64,000 bases of DNA, from assembly GCA_964019425.1 (NCBI GenBank), contig OZ025781.1, positions 620,001 to 684,000 of the forward strand, written 5' to 3'. Shown piece after piece: positions 22,997 through 35,456 of the stretch. This stretch comes from Flectonema sp. DT1601 (lineage: Eukaryota). The notes below the pieces were generated by a model that was not told the origin of the DNA, did no database searches, and saw only the letters and a list, made by a program, of their open reading frames with translations. The translations under genes were made by a program, and so were the position numbers. How positions within the stretch are numbered: position 1 is the stretch's first letter; each line of letters begins with the position of its first letter.

Positions 22997-24647
22997 ATGG
23001 TTATTGGTCGTACAGCAGGACACCCGACTGGTGGTCGCAAACCACCATCAGTATTGTCACGCATTAGTAAGAGACAAGCACCGTATGAGCCGAAGGCTAG
23101 ACCGGTTGGTAAGGTTCAGGCGCAAAATAATAAAGTAGCCCAGAGATCTAGAAGTAGATTATCCGACTTGTCACCAGAAGAGGTACAAACCTTAATGGAC
23201 TTGGACAACACTAAAGAAGATTTAGATAAACAAATGTCAACAGTCTTATCAGAGAGAGACTCCATGAAAAGTTCACATAGAAATGATCTTGATGAAGGAA
23301 AACGATCAATAAGGTGCGGTAAATCAAATGATGCAGAACTTCAAGCGGTCACAACCGACAACGATCATTGCATTGAACAACTCAACATTGCTATCCTCGG
23401 AAAAGTCGCAGATGATCGTCACTCATGGGAAGAACTACTTGAAAATCCTGAAATAAAAACTCGACAGGATACCATTGAATCTGCTCTTACAGAAGCTGAA
23501 AAACTCTATGAAGAACAAAAAGTAAAAACCAGCATCAAAGTTGCTGCCTTTGAAAAGGCAAAGAAAGACTACGACCATGCCACGGAAACACTCCGAGGAT
23601 ATGAAAACAGTATTAAGACTTCTGAAGGATCGATGATTGAGTTGATGTCATCTCGCAATCAGGTCACAGCTGAACGTGATCAGCAACGAGCTCTGTATGA
23701 TAATGCAAGACAAGGTGAGCAAACAGCATTATCACGAAAGGCAGAAAAAGATGGTGAAAAGCAAGTTGCAAATCAACAACGTGAACGAATGTTGGAACGA
23801 GTAAACAAGCTGTCGAATAACATAAAAGGTCTTGTTGTCTTTAATATGACTCCTGAAATATTATCAAACATGTCTGTAGTAATAAAGGGTCTAGATAGGA
23901 AGACTTTGGAGGTGAAACATTTGAAATTCGACTTTGATGGGATCGCAACTAGTCTTTCCGAACTACCAATATCAGAAAAGAAAAATGTAACTTTGATAAT
24001 TCAAGGCTCGTCAGTTGAGGAATCTACAAAGGTAGTTGGTGAATGGCTGAGTCGCTCAGCAGGTGTTTCGTCTTTTAAAGCAGTTGAGGTTTACAACGAT
24101 CAGTCTCGTGATTTACTTCTACCAAATGAAGAGCAGCAACAAGAATTGATATCTTCAGGTGGTTCTCAAGATCTCGGATTGAGTCAGCTAACTTCATCTA
24201 ACACACCAGACCTTACCACAGTTTACAACAATTTAGCCTTGAGAAGTAACAGAGGAATTGTTACTGGTAGACAGTCAGTAGCATTCTATGTTGTTACCCA
24301 GTCACAGTCTTATCAAGTTCTTTGTCTTGCTCCCGCGTCAAAAGAAGACCCTGTTCATGTACTCACAGCTTTAGCAAGGTTGTCGACAGAACCTAAAGAG
24401 AGTAAATCAATGTTAAAGCGTTCTATGCTTGGTCGTCAAATCCATTCATCAATTATTGACGGCACGGCTCTTTCGGTAGTAATTAATGTTGATCACAAGA
24501 TGCAGCAGAATACACGTATGTTTTTAATCTTTTGTACCGATGACAAGTTGGGAAACTTAGAAAAAAAAGAAAGAAAAAAAAACAGTTATCGATACCTGCA
24601 GAGTAGTCCACAGATGCATGCAGGCCGATCTCGGAGTGTCAAAATAA
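22997..24647 (+). CDS. Coiled-coil + degenerate C-terminal kinesin-like domain; exons 22997-24515, 24586-24647
   Basis: NNIKGLVVF, FDFDGI and EVYNDQSRDLL kinesin-like motifs, but no GxxGxGKT P-loop. A 70-nt GTATG..AACAG intron gives the tail LIDTCRVVHRCMQADLGVSK*. Confidence 0.65.
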
Positions 24648-24963
24648 AGATGATAATTTGTACTTTATATAGATTTTTTTTATTTTTTTTTTTATAGATT
24701 ACTTTTTTTTTTTTGACCATTTCCCATCCCATTTTCTTCAAACCTTCCAACTCGATGTTTGTATGTTAGGAATCCAATTTTTTAAGAAGTCATCCCAAGG
24801 CTTGAGAATCTCTAGAAATCCATAGAGCCTTCTGTTATTACTAATTCTACATTAAAAAAGATATCAAACAGAATGCATCTTTTTATGTGTAGCGTCAATG
24901 TATTTATTTGATTATCTCAAAACCAACCAATTCATTTCATTTATTACATACCTAGAATATAGC

Positions 24964-26148
24964 ATGACTATGGACCATGCGGTTGAAGTTCCGATTGGAC
25001 AGCATTGGGTTGGTATGAAGAGAGAAAGCAGGCAATTAGTTCGTTGGGATAAGTGGATAGATACGAGAAATGGTGAAACACAAATGGAAGCCCCATCAGA
25101 GGTACGTGAACTACTAAATCAAGACATGGAACGTGCATCTCGTTCAGTGAAGGATATATTAGGTACTGTAGCATCAGGTTTATTTATTATAACAACATAC
25201 GCTTCTTACATAATATTAGTATGTGGTGAATACTACAGCAACGGGTTGTTCAATCCTTGGGGAACAAAATCAATCGTCCTTGGTGGGATCGCGACTCTTC
25301 TCTACTCTCTAGTTTTGTGGGGATTTATTAAACTATTAACCACACCTCCGGGGTTTGTGCCTCGAAGATTTCAGGGTACAAATCCTCTTTGTAGTGATGA
25401 TGAAATGTTGGATCTTCCTCAGTGTATACCGTGTAACGTATGTTTTTTTTTTTTTGCTTCAAAAACTTACGATACGAGCAGTTCACACACAAACCACAAC
25501 AGGCTTTCAAACCATTAAGAGTCCATCACTGTTTTAAATGTAAAGTTTGTGTTCTACGATACGATCATCATTGTCCCTGGGTATGTTTTAACATTTATAT
25601 ATTTTTCCCCTTCCTCCTTATTTTGATGGTACAAAAAACACTTCAATAAACAGGTTGGTCAATGTATTGGTCTTCGCAATCACAAACCCTACATCGTATT
25701 GCTCTGCTATACGCTTGCGACGTGTATATTTTGGTTAGTTAGTAGCTATCCAGTGATTCATGATACCGTGAGGGGTGATTGGAACGGTAAGAACCATCCA
25801 AGGTGGTACCGAGACCTGTTTTTGGCAACCTTTGGCATTGCGATATTTGTTACAATAGGAATGATTCCGTTAGTAGTTCAGCATCTTCTCTACGCTTCAT
25901 GGAACTTAACAGATGTTGAATATCGTAGAAAACAATATGGATTCTCTTTTAAAACTAAACTTCAAAATTGGAGTGCTTTTTGCGGAGAAAGTTCTTTTTG
26001 GAAGTACCCTTTTCCTTTTAGTGCTAATTTCAGCCATGATGGTACATCTTACTGTGTTATTCCCAAGCAGCTTCTTTCTCCGGTGAAGGCAAAGGAAAGC
26101 GATGCTCTTCTAACTACCATACCGCAGTCACTAAGAAGCTCAGCGTGA
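24964..26148 (+). CDS. DHHC palmitoyltransferase; exons ~24964-25437, 25503-25580, 25654-26148
   Basis: Splicing two GTATG..CAG introns (65, 73 nt) restores [42 protein letters not shown]. Start codon uncertain. Confidence 0.9.
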
Positions 26149-26609
26149 GTACTTTTTCTGAAGTGATTTGTTATTTTTGGTTCTACGAGTTATTAAATTA
26201 TATTGTTTTTTTTTTTTTCGTTCAATTTTTGTTTCGGCAATTTTTTTGTCGTAATAAGCATAAGTTAAGTTTCTGGACAGGTTCTCTCTTTTTTTTTTTT
26301 TTTTTTTTTTTTCCAACAAGCTTCCGAGTAAAGTCTGATTACCTAAACCGTGTAAAAGCATCATTTAAGGCTACTGTGTTATCCACAACTTCCTCGTGTG
26401 TACCTTTTCTGTAGGTAAATCAACTCATTGAGGCTAAAATCTATTGCTTCCTTATAGAAATAACTAGCTCTCTGTATTCTGCTGTGGGTGTTGGTCTCGG
26501 CAGTTTTAGAAATGGTTATTCTGGTTGATTACCTTTTTTTTATTTTTTTTTTAAAATCAATAGGATAATTTAATTCAATAAAATAACAAAAAAAAAAAAA
26601 AAAAAAAAA

Positions 26610-27836
26610 ATGATCGATATGAACGATCTGTGCTCGGCTTTCGCCCAACTAACTGCGACATCCGAAGGAGGGACAATGATGCAAAATTTAAGTGATGGTA
26701 GAGAAATGTTGCAACAGCCTGCTACGGGAGGTAGAATCGCAGGTATTCCAGGAGGTCCCAGAGGGAGGGGAATGCGTAGATACCCGATGCCTGTTCCAGG
26801 TGTTCAGTCTTTCGGAGCTAAACCATATGAACGCCGTGAAACTGAAGGCGCGAACACCCAATCATTACGACAAGCGATTAATAAAATATCAGCTCTATAC
26901 ACACCTGTTCCTGAAGAGTGCTCTTGCCTCCCACCCACAAGAGAAAATATTTATGCAGGTATTGTTCACAGTGCGAAAGAGCGACGAAGATGGGACGAAG
27001 GGACCTTGGTATGTTACTCCCCTCCAACCATCTATTTTCACAATGACATTGCTACAAAAACAACACAACTACAGGATGAAGTGCGATACAGAGTAGCAGA
27101 GATGGCACGTCTGGGAACAGAAGATAACGAATATTGTGTACCATGGAGAATAACACCTCGAAACACAAGACATTTACCAATCAGTGCTGTTGAAGGTGAT
27201 CAGTATGAAGCTGATTTTCTATTTGTTGCTCCATCTCCTCAAAAGTATTACGAGGGTGAGACTATTGTTTTTACTCCAAAACTTTCAATTCAACCCAACG
27301 CGTGTATGCTATCAATACTTATTACTTTAGAATGTAAGTTTAAAGCCTGTTGGGAAATGGCACATTTAGTGTCACTGAAAGGTTCTGATTATAAAGAGAG
27401 ATTGCCGTATGCGGCGAAGATTATTTGCGGATTAGCTGCTGCGAGGACAACTCCTGATGAGACACCATGGGCGTTACTAAGACCGTTTGCGAGACCAATA
27501 AATGCTGTTGCTCCTCCTGTAGATACAAGTATATATAACCCAGATGGTTTTACTGATATTCAAGCGACAGACGTGACTCATGCGTTAGAAGGTGTTTTGC
27601 GGACTAGTCAGGCGACTGAAGATTCAACGTTCGATATTGAGAACTTTACTAACCCACAGCAAAGTACTCAAAGGATGGCTCTTCCTCTTCAACCTCAACC
27701 AAGTATTCCTTTACTTATGCAACCACAGCAACCTCAAAAGATTTTTAATACTCAGATGCCGCCTCCTATTAACACTTTACCAATACCTCAAAATCAAAAT
27801 ATTCCTGCGATGCCTCCGTTAGAGGCTGAAGCGTGA
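26610..27836 (+). CDS. Hypothetical protein, Pro/Gln-rich C-terminus
   Basis: 408-aa ORF with coding-like composition; no family recognised. Confidence 0.7.
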   Translation: MIDMNDLCSAFAQLTATSEGGTMMQNLSDGREMLQQPATGGRIAGIPGGPRGRGMRRYPMPVPGVQSFGAKPYERRETEGANTQSLRQAINKISALYTPVPEECSCLPPTRENIYAGIVHSAKERRRWDEGTLVCYSPPTIYFHNDIATKTTQLQDEVRYRVAEMARLGTEDNEYCVPWRITPRNTRHLPISAVEGDQYEADFLFVAPSPQKYYEGETIVFTPKLSIQPNACMLSILITLECKFKACWEMAHLVSLKGSDYKERLPYAAKIICGLAAARTTPDETPWALLRPFARPINAVAPPVDTSIYNPDGFTDIQATDVTHALEGVLRTSQATEDSTFDIENFTNPQQSTQRMALPLQPQPSIPLLMQPQQPQKIFNTQMPPPINTLPIPQNQNIPAMPPLEAEA

Positions 27837-27929
27837 AACACATATATTGTGATAGCACGTGTTTTATAGAATAACAATGGACTGCAGCGACTGCGATGGT
27901 TCAGGTCAAGTCTGTTCCTTGAAAACTAC

Positions 27930-27964
27930 TGCGGTCATGTACCATTCAATGGTACATGACTGTA
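27930..27964 (+). other. Perfect palindrome/hairpin downstream of stop codon
   Basis: gtcatgtaccatt-c-aatggtacatgac (27934-27960), extended by tgcg/tgta. Confidence 0.7.
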
Positions 27965-28383
27965 CTGAGAGGGAAAAAAAAAAAAAAAAAAAAAACCTGC
28001 TTTAATGTAAACGGAACAACCCCTTTAGAGTAATGAAAATTAATGTAGGAAAAAAAAAAAAGAGTCGAGAAAATTATTCTCACGTGAGTTAATGGAAAAT
28101 TGAAAATAATTTATTTTTTTGTGACTATTCATATAATGCAGCGATTAGTAGTGAATTATTCCGCAATCAGTGGAAGTAAAGAAGTGTACCACATGAAATC
28201 TTGACAAGCTTTTCTCAATCAGACCTGATGATGGATACCCTTCACAAAACAACACCTTCAGTCTTTTGTGAAGGGAAAAAGGGGATGAAATCTGTTCCAA
28301 CTCTCCTCGATGAACTTTCTCTTTGTTATAATGCAACTTATCTTTTTTTTTTTTTTTTTTTAATTATTTTGAATGGTTTTTTG

Positions 28384-28415
<32 letters not shown>

Positions 28416-28961
28416 CATCTGTTATGGAACTTAGTCGTTTCGACTCCTCTCAGTTATCGCCAAAAACGTATTTGGAGTTACCTTAAAAATAGCATTATAG
28501 TTAGGCGGAGTTTGAGATGAGTTTTTTTTTTTTCTTTTCTGCTTTGTCGTTTTTTTTTTTTTTTTGTTTGATGATTTTCGCTGGCTTTGAATAAAATAAA
28601 TTTTTTTGTGCAATACCAACATCCGAAGTGAACGGATAAAGACTTCATAAGTTTTTTTCGAGTTTGGATTTTTATTGTTTTTGATCGTTCAGCTGAGTGG
28701 TCGTGTTTTATATAACAAGTGAAGACTGTTGTGGGGTTCCTCTGCAGCAGTAAAATTACTTTGAGAATGATGATGTTAACGATGATGTGGTTTATAATAA
28801 TAATGAAAAATAATATATTAGAATATTAGAAACTTACAAAAAAAGAAAAAAAAAAAAAAAGAAACAGAAAATAAAATAAAACAGCACATAGAAGGAATAG
28901 AAAGAAACAAATATTGTCACATGCTTACCCTCACTTCCCTTTCCCCCTGTTGAATTTTGTA

Positions 28962-29282
28962 CGTCAGTCATTGTTCGGAACTCTGAGCAAGAAATAGAAA
29001 TATGGTTTTGTCTCCAACTCATTTAGTCGGGCGATGTTTTAAGAAGAATTGTCCTCATAAAAAGCTAAAGTGTAATCTTCTTTAAAATGTAAGAGAGAGT
29101 TGAGTTGAGGAATTTGATAATAAAAATTATCATCAATTTTCTCCCATTTTTTTGTGTCCCGAAAAACTGACTTCCCAGTGAAGGTATGTTCACGGATGTC
29201 TTTGCGGAGTAGAATCCCCTAATATTCCGTACCTCGGGTGGAGCATCTCGACTTCGCTCAGTGTTCTGAACAATGACAGACA
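28962..29282. mobile_element. MITE with ~27-bp TIRs and TA flanks (Tc1/mariner-type)
   Basis: TA|cgtcagtcattgttcggaactctgagc ... gctcagtgttctgaacaatgacagaca|TA; arms match at about 23/27. Confidence 0.7.
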
Positions 29283-29515
29283 TAACTTAGTAACTTCTTC
29301 CTTAAAGTTGCTAAAAAAAAAAAAAAAAAGTTAAAGTGCCATTTTCGATGCTATTTTTTGTGATTATATGTTCTTTAATAATTATTTTTTCCACCCTTTC
29401 TCAAAAGCGATCAAAAAAAAATAATGTATTATTATTATTTTTTTTTTTTTTAAAGATTTTAAAAAGTATACTTTTAGCTTAACCCTACTCTCCAAACAGC
29501 ATTTAGTTTTATTAA

Positions 29516-31060
29516 ATGCCGAATTTATTTTCTTGGTCAACTGTTGATGAGTGTGAACACACATATTCATGTGAAAGTGCGCATAGCGGACGGAAAATAC
29601 TTCCTAACTACTGCGGGTATTGTAAGTATTTAATTTGGGGACTTAGAGAAACATGGAAGTGTGATACCTGTGGAAAGCAATGCCACAAAGAATGTGTTCC
29701 TCACTTGCAAAGACTTCGCATACTAAGAGAGGTAGCGATGAATGAAATACATTGCGGGGAAGCTGTCATACTGTACAGTGATAACAACCGCGGGAATAGT
29801 GACGTCGTTGAGTATCCCGATGAACTTTCTGATAGCGATGCTCCTCCACAACCAACCTTAACAAGTAATATAAACTTCGAATTCCCAACTAAGGTAAAGA
29901 TCAAAAAGCATCCTTCATCAACAAAAAACTTCAGCAGCGCTAACAACATCGCAACTGTGTTGAGAGACTGTGTTGGTGATAGAAATTTATTTAAAGGTAT
30001 CAAGTGGAGGTTATCAAGTATAAAACAATTATCATCAATACATCAACGACGATACGATCGCAGAATCGCTTCAGCCACTCCAGCACCGACTAATATAATC
30101 TCAGAAGTGAGAGCCAACTTTAAATTTGCACGCAGTGCCTACGGCAGTGGTAAACTGACATCCACCCTCCGAAGAGATGAAATTATACCAAGAGAGTACA
30201 TGGCTGCTGTACTGCAGAATACGGGATGGGTGAGACCAGAAAATGGAACAATTTTGTATTGGTCGTGGTGTCCTACTTCAAAGAATAAATTAACTCCAGG
30301 GTACTACATTGGAGTTGATATAAAATCAAAGAAAGGTGTTGTTGGTATCAGAGGAACAATCTCACAGTCTGATATTCTAATTGACGTAAACGGGACTCCT
30401 CTCTCCCACGAAGAAGGTTTCGCTCACAACGGAATATTATTATGCGCGAAGGCAATGCTGATGGAAGTATCCGAAACACTTGAAAACACGTTCCTCTCTC
30501 CAGAATCTGATTATTTTAATTGGCCTGTCTGCATCACAGGTCACAGTCTTGGTGGAGGTGTCGCAGCTTCTCTTCTTCTTCTAATAAAAAAACATCCAAT
30601 TCTCAGTAGTCTTTCTGTCAACGCAATCGGCTATGGGACACCACCTTGCTTATCAAACACTCTTTGTGATCAAATATTCAACAACATGATAACTGTCGTT
30701 AATCACGTTGATATGTGTCCACGTATGACTCTCTCTTGTTGGGATCAGTTAGTCGCAGAGATGAGCATGCCTGACAATCTATGGGGTTGTCTTCACATAC
30801 CTGCTGCTGTTGCTGCAGCTCTTTGTCTTGTTTTGTCAACACAGAATTACTGCTTACCATCGAGGGTTAATAAAGATGTTAGTAATGAGTATCTAAGGGT
30901 ACCAGGTAGGGTTCTGATTCTTCATCCGAGTGAGGGTGAGAAACAGATATCACTTTTTGACGTTACAGGCCAATCAGCCCTTTCAGGTATTCATTTCTCA
31001 TTTGGAATGCTGTCATGTCATCCTTGGAAAGCATATCATAGAAGTGTTGCTCAGCTTTAA
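29516..31060 (+). CDS. C1 domain + class 3 lipase (diacylglycerol lipase-like)
   Basis: H..CGYC...WKCDTCGKQCHKEC; IRGT; AHNG; GHSLGGG; DMCPR. Confidence 0.88.
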   Translation: MPNLFSWSTVDECEHTYSCESAHSGRKILPNYCGYCKYLIWGLRETWKCDTCGKQCHKECVPHLQRLRILREVAMNEIHCGEAVILYSDNNRGNSDVVEYPDELSDSDAPPQPTLTSNINFEFPTKVKIKKHPSSTKNFSSANNIATVLRDCVGDRNLFKGIKWRLSSIKQLSSIHQRRYDRRIASATPAPTNIISEVRANFKFARSAYGSGKLTSTLRRDEIIPREYMAAVLQNTGWVRPENGTILYWSWCPTSKNKLTPGYYIGVDIKSKKGVVGIRGTISQSDILIDVNGTPLSHEEGFAHNGILLCAKAMLMEVSETLENTFLSPESDYFNWPVCITGHSLGGGVAASLLLLIKKHPILSSLSVNAIGYGTPPCLSNTLCDQIFNNMITVVNHVDMCPRMTLSCWDQLVAEMSMPDNLWGCLHIPAAVAAALCLVLSTQNYCLPSRVNKDVSNEYLRVPGRVLILHPSEGEKQISLFDVTGQSALSGIHFSFGMLSCHPWKAYHRSVAQL

Positions 31061-31446
31061 CTTTAAGATGTGATTTATATCATCACGTAAATACTGATGG
31101 TACCATTCCGATAGGAAACATATTTCATATCACTGTTACTTACACCGATTTACATTTTTTTTTCGTGCCTTGTTTGCCTCTTTAAAATTGATTTTTTTTG
31201 TGATACACGGGTATAGGTAGAAGTAGTTACTTACACATACTACTGTTATATCATTTTTGTATCATTTGATGTAATTGTTTCCTTATTTAGTTTGTTTTAA
31301 TGTGAAGGGGGGGGATTTTTTTTTTCTTTCTGTTTTTTACTCTCTTTTGATTAGCAATCTCGGGATTGTCGGTTCTCCGAAAAAGCGGAATTGTTGATTT
31401 TTCTTAAAAAAAAAAACAGCGTTTATTAATATTTCTTTAACACAGC

Positions 31447-32358
31447 ATGGAAGTGTTTCATCACATTTCAGAAAGTCCTTACAGCTATGTTAGTGATTGT
31501 TTAACATTAAGAAGACGTGTTGATGGACTTCGTGGATTATGGACAACAAAAACTCTCAAAAAGGATGAAACCATTCTGCGAGTTCCCCTAAACTGCTGTG
31601 CCTACAGTGATACCTTCATGGGCGTCGTTGAGAAGGTAAAGAACGATGATTACACATGGTACAGAAACTGCATTGATGAAAATGAGAATTTCGCAGGTCC
31701 ATATTTGCCAAAGGGTGAAGGGTTACAGTATTGTGAGACTTTGAAATATTTTTTAAATGACTCGTCTGTAAGATTAAAAGGAGAAACACTTTACGCTGCT
31801 TGTCTTGTTATGAGTAGATCTTTTACTGTTGCTCTTAGTGATAACGATGTTGTTCGTATTGTCATACCAGGTGTTGATCTGTGTAATCATTCCGAAAGTA
31901 AATTTAATATTCGATTTAGAGTTGTAAGAAACATCGATGAGAATGATTTTGTAATCGAAGCATCAACGTGTTCTCCTGTTTGTGAGGGTTCAGAGTTACT
32001 GCTTTCTTATGGAAATCATCCACCTTCAGTTATGCTTCATAATTATAATATAAAACCATCGTCTTGTTTTCGATTTTGTGCTGCTCCGTTGGATCCTTGT
32101 TATTGTCCTGTTCCAATTTCATTGCCTGACTTGTCCTCACCCATATCGTATCCCATCTCTTCATGGAAAAGGTTGCCTTTTAGTTTTAATCAGCTTCCTG
32201 ATGTTAGGATAGCTATTAGAATTGCGATTAAAAAAGTTTGTTTGAATGTTAGACAAACTACGAGTGGGTCTCTTGGGAGAAGGATAGCACTGTCGGAATT
32301 AGTTGGACTTCAAAGGCTGAGAAGAAAAGTAATTACTCGGTTGAAGAAGTCTCGTTGA
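31447..32358 (+). CDS. SET-domain lysine methyltransferase (LSMT/SETD3-6-like)
   Basis: RGLWTT; MSRSF; IPGVDLCNH; ELLLSYG. Confidence 0.8.
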   Translation: MEVFHHISESPYSYVSDCLTLRRRVDGLRGLWTTKTLKKDETILRVPLNCCAYSDTFMGVVEKVKNDDYTWYRNCIDENENFAGPYLPKGEGLQYCETLKYFLNDSSVRLKGETLYAACLVMSRSFTVALSDNDVVRIVIPGVDLCNHSESKFNIRFRVVRNIDENDFVIEASTCSPVCEGSELLLSYGNHPPSVMLHNYNIKPSSCFRFCAAPLDPCYCPVPISLPDLSSPISYPISSWKRLPFSFNQLPDVRIAIRIAIKKVCLNVRQTTSGSLGRRIALSELVGLQRLRRKVITRLKKSR

Positions 32359-32417
32359 TTTTATTGACTGGTGAGATTTTTTTTTAAAAATTTTTTTTTC
32401 ATTATCAGGACAAGAAT

Positions 32418-33539
32418 ATGGCAGATCCGTTGTCCTCTCTCCGAATCGCCGGAACACCAGCATTTGGACAAGTCTTAGAGTACGCCAAGTGGGTAGGTTT
32501 AGATTTAGCCACAAGAAATGACTTAATGTGGCTAGCTGAGAAAGGTTTATGTGCACCCCTACCGAAAGGATGGACAGCGTGTTCTGTCGATGGTGGAGCA
32601 CCACAAACAACCAGCTACGGAAATTATGAAGGTACTGCAGGTGACGTTTATTATTTTAATGAGGTTACAGGTGAGAGTCTTTGGGACCATCCCCTGGATG
32701 GAGTTTTTAGAGAATTAGCGAAAGTATTCAGCAGAGCAGCACCACCAGATCCGATTGTCGCAGCTAAAAGGAGGAGAAATCTAATTGAGTACTTGAGGAC
32801 TCATGATATTGGAACAAAACTAAATCGAATAGAGTTTGAAGACGACGACAGTAAACCAAAAGTTTCAAAAGTTAATTGTGCGACACAAGTTAGTATTCAC
32901 TCATCTAATGCATCAGAGCAAGTTGAAGTAGAAGCACACAACCAAACAACTCAAACATCTATCAACCAATCGACTACTGGTACTCACGTCATGCCATCTG
33001 ATAGTCAAACAATGACATCTGCGATGGTTTGTAACTCACACACTATGACTGTCGATGAAGGTATTGTATTGAGTCCAAGAAACTCAACAGTGGCTTTATT
33101 AAATTCTGTTGATCACATGTCAGTCTCAGATAAGTCAGGTCTTAACGGTACTGACATGAAGGAGAGTACTACTACTGGAGAGGAACTCTCTGGGGTTCAA
33201 GCAGTGACATCGGAAGTTTTAGTCAAGGAAATGCTTGCTAGTTTTCAACAACAGCTTCTTGAACATCGACGTGAAATTCATAATTCAATTGCACACGATA
33301 GGGATACTCAACAACAACTTGTAAACTCGTTGTCTGGTTCAACGAAGGCTTCAGTTCAACCACCACATGTCTTCCCACCTCCAGCACGTACTATTCAGTC
33401 TCCAGATTGGAGTAAGTTAGAGTGGATAGGCTGCTATGGTTTTATTTTATTAGTTCATTTAGCGATCTGTTTTTGTTTTGCTTTGGGTTCCTTTACGATA
33501 CTACCACAGTTAGAAACTGAACCTGAGAAATATTATTAA
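32418..33539 (+). CDS. CEP164-type WW-domain protein with C-terminal transmembrane helix
   Basis: EYAKWVGLD..LMWLAEKGLCAPLPKGW...YYFNEVTGESLWDHPLD; hydrophobic segment near the C-terminus. Confidence 0.75.
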   Translation: MADPLSSLRIAGTPAFGQVLEYAKWVGLDLATRNDLMWLAEKGLCAPLPKGWTACSVDGGAPQTTSYGNYEGTAGDVYYFNEVTGESLWDHPLDGVFRELAKVFSRAAPPDPIVAAKRRRNLIEYLRTHDIGTKLNRIEFEDDDSKPKVSKVNCATQVSIHSSNASEQVEVEAHNQTTQTSINQSTTGTHVMPSDSQTMTSAMVCNSHTMTVDEGIVLSPRNSTVALLNSVDHMSVSDKSGLNGTDMKESTTTGEELSGVQAVTSEVLVKEMLASFQQQLLEHRREIHNSIAHDRDTQQQLVNSLSGSTKASVQPPHVFPPPARTIQSPDWSKLEWIGCYGFILLVHLAICFCFALGSFTILPQLETEPEKYY

Positions 33540-33738
33540 TCTCCGGCTTTAGCTTGTTCCTTTTTTTTTTTTTGTATTATTTTTTTCTTTCTTCTTCGTC
33601 TTTCCTACTCTCTTACCTTGACCTTAAGATAATTGTACGTGCGTAGCTGCTTAGATTATGTTGGTATATTTTACGGTATCTATCATGCGTAACTTGTAAT
33701 ATTTTATTATAATTAATCAAAATCAGCACTTCATTGCA

Positions 33739-35409
33739 ATGGAGACGATCAAGTCGTTTGGGGCGAAGGCATTAGAGGTGACGGCTGACTCATTAAATAA
33801 TGTCAACAGACTGATCAAAGATGCCACATCTGATACTCCAGGAGCTGTACCATATTATGTACAGCAACAGTTTGTACAGCTATCTCATGAAGGAAATGAT
33901 CCAGGAAGGGAAATGCATAGATTTTTAATGTCTAGAATGGAATACGGTGGTGTTCACACTATTGGAAAGTGTCTTACAATTATAAAATCAGTTTTGCAAG
34001 ATGGAAGCAATGGTTTTCATGTAATTGTGAAGCAGTCAACTCATCAGTTGGGGAAATTGGCAACTGCCGACACCCGACGAGACTCAGTCGAAGAAACAAA
34101 CAAACAAATTGCCCTCTCGATTATGTCTAGTATCGGTCAGCCAATAACCGCTGAAGAAAATCGTGGAGTGTACGGTGGCATCTCAAGCACTGATCCTGCA
34201 CCGCAACAAGTTACCTCACACGGCAAGACTGCTTGGCAAGAGATGCAAGAAAGTACTCACAAGGAACAACGCCGCAAAGAAAAAGCACTCAAAGAAGTCA
34301 AGCAAAAGAAAATGGCTGTCAGAGCAGAAGAGCTACGCAAGGAAGCTATTACATTCGATGCGTCAGCAGTACCAGCAGAGAAATTGGCAGAAAAGATTTT
34401 ATCTGGTGCAAGGAAAAGGATTCCTGCTTCAGAATTGAAAGCCTTTTCCGACTGTCTAAAGTATGACGGTGAGCCAACGTTTGTAATTGTTGCGAAGGGA
34501 CTGATGAGTGACAATATTGGAACAAGATTTAAAGTGTTGGAAGTCCTTCAACAAATTTTACGTGACAACAGAAAAGGAGCTGCGAATGCTGCAGGTAAGT
34601 ACTGCAAGAGGCTAACAAACATTCGTGATGCAAAGGGCGGGGCGGGTCTCGAAACTAAAGCCGAACACTGCAGCACCATGGCGAGAGACATTCTACAACT
34701 CATTGACTTTTGTAAGGCTAACCCTCCCATTGAACCAGTGGTAGTCCAGCAGGCTCCTGGTTTTGACTTACCAAATACTACTCAACAGAGTGCTTTTAAT
34801 CTGGGTAGTCCAAATGGAACTCAACAACAGAGTGCTTTTAGTCTTCCAACGGCGAACAGTCAGGTTCAACAACAGAGTGCTTTCAACTTGGGTAGTCCAA
34901 ATGGAACTCAACAACAGAGTGCTTTTAGTCTTCCAACGGCGAACAGTCAGGTTCAACAGCAGAGTGCGTTCAATCTACCAACTGGAGCACCAGTTGTTGA
35001 TATGCAACAACAGCTTCTGCAGCAACAGTTGGCTCAAAACCAACTTTTACAACAGCAATTAGCTCAACAACAGTTGTTAGAAAAGAAGAAGGCTCTTGAA
35101 GAAGCCCAACAGCAACAGCTGCAACTAGAGCAGCAGCAACAACACCAACTGCAGCAGGAGCAACAACAACAGTTAATGCAACAGCAACAGCAACAGCAAC
35201 AGCAACAATTACTACAGCAACAACAACAGCAGCAACAAGTACAAGAAATGATGGAAAAAAAGCGACTCCTGGAAGAACAACTGAAGCAGCAACAACAGGC
35301 CGCTGAGCAACAGCAGCAACAGCAGCAGCAACAGCAGCAACAGCAGCAGCAACAGCAGCAACAGCAACAGCAGCAGCAGCAGCAGCAACATCAACAGCAG
35401 TTACTGGAG

Positions 35410-35456
<47 letters not shown>

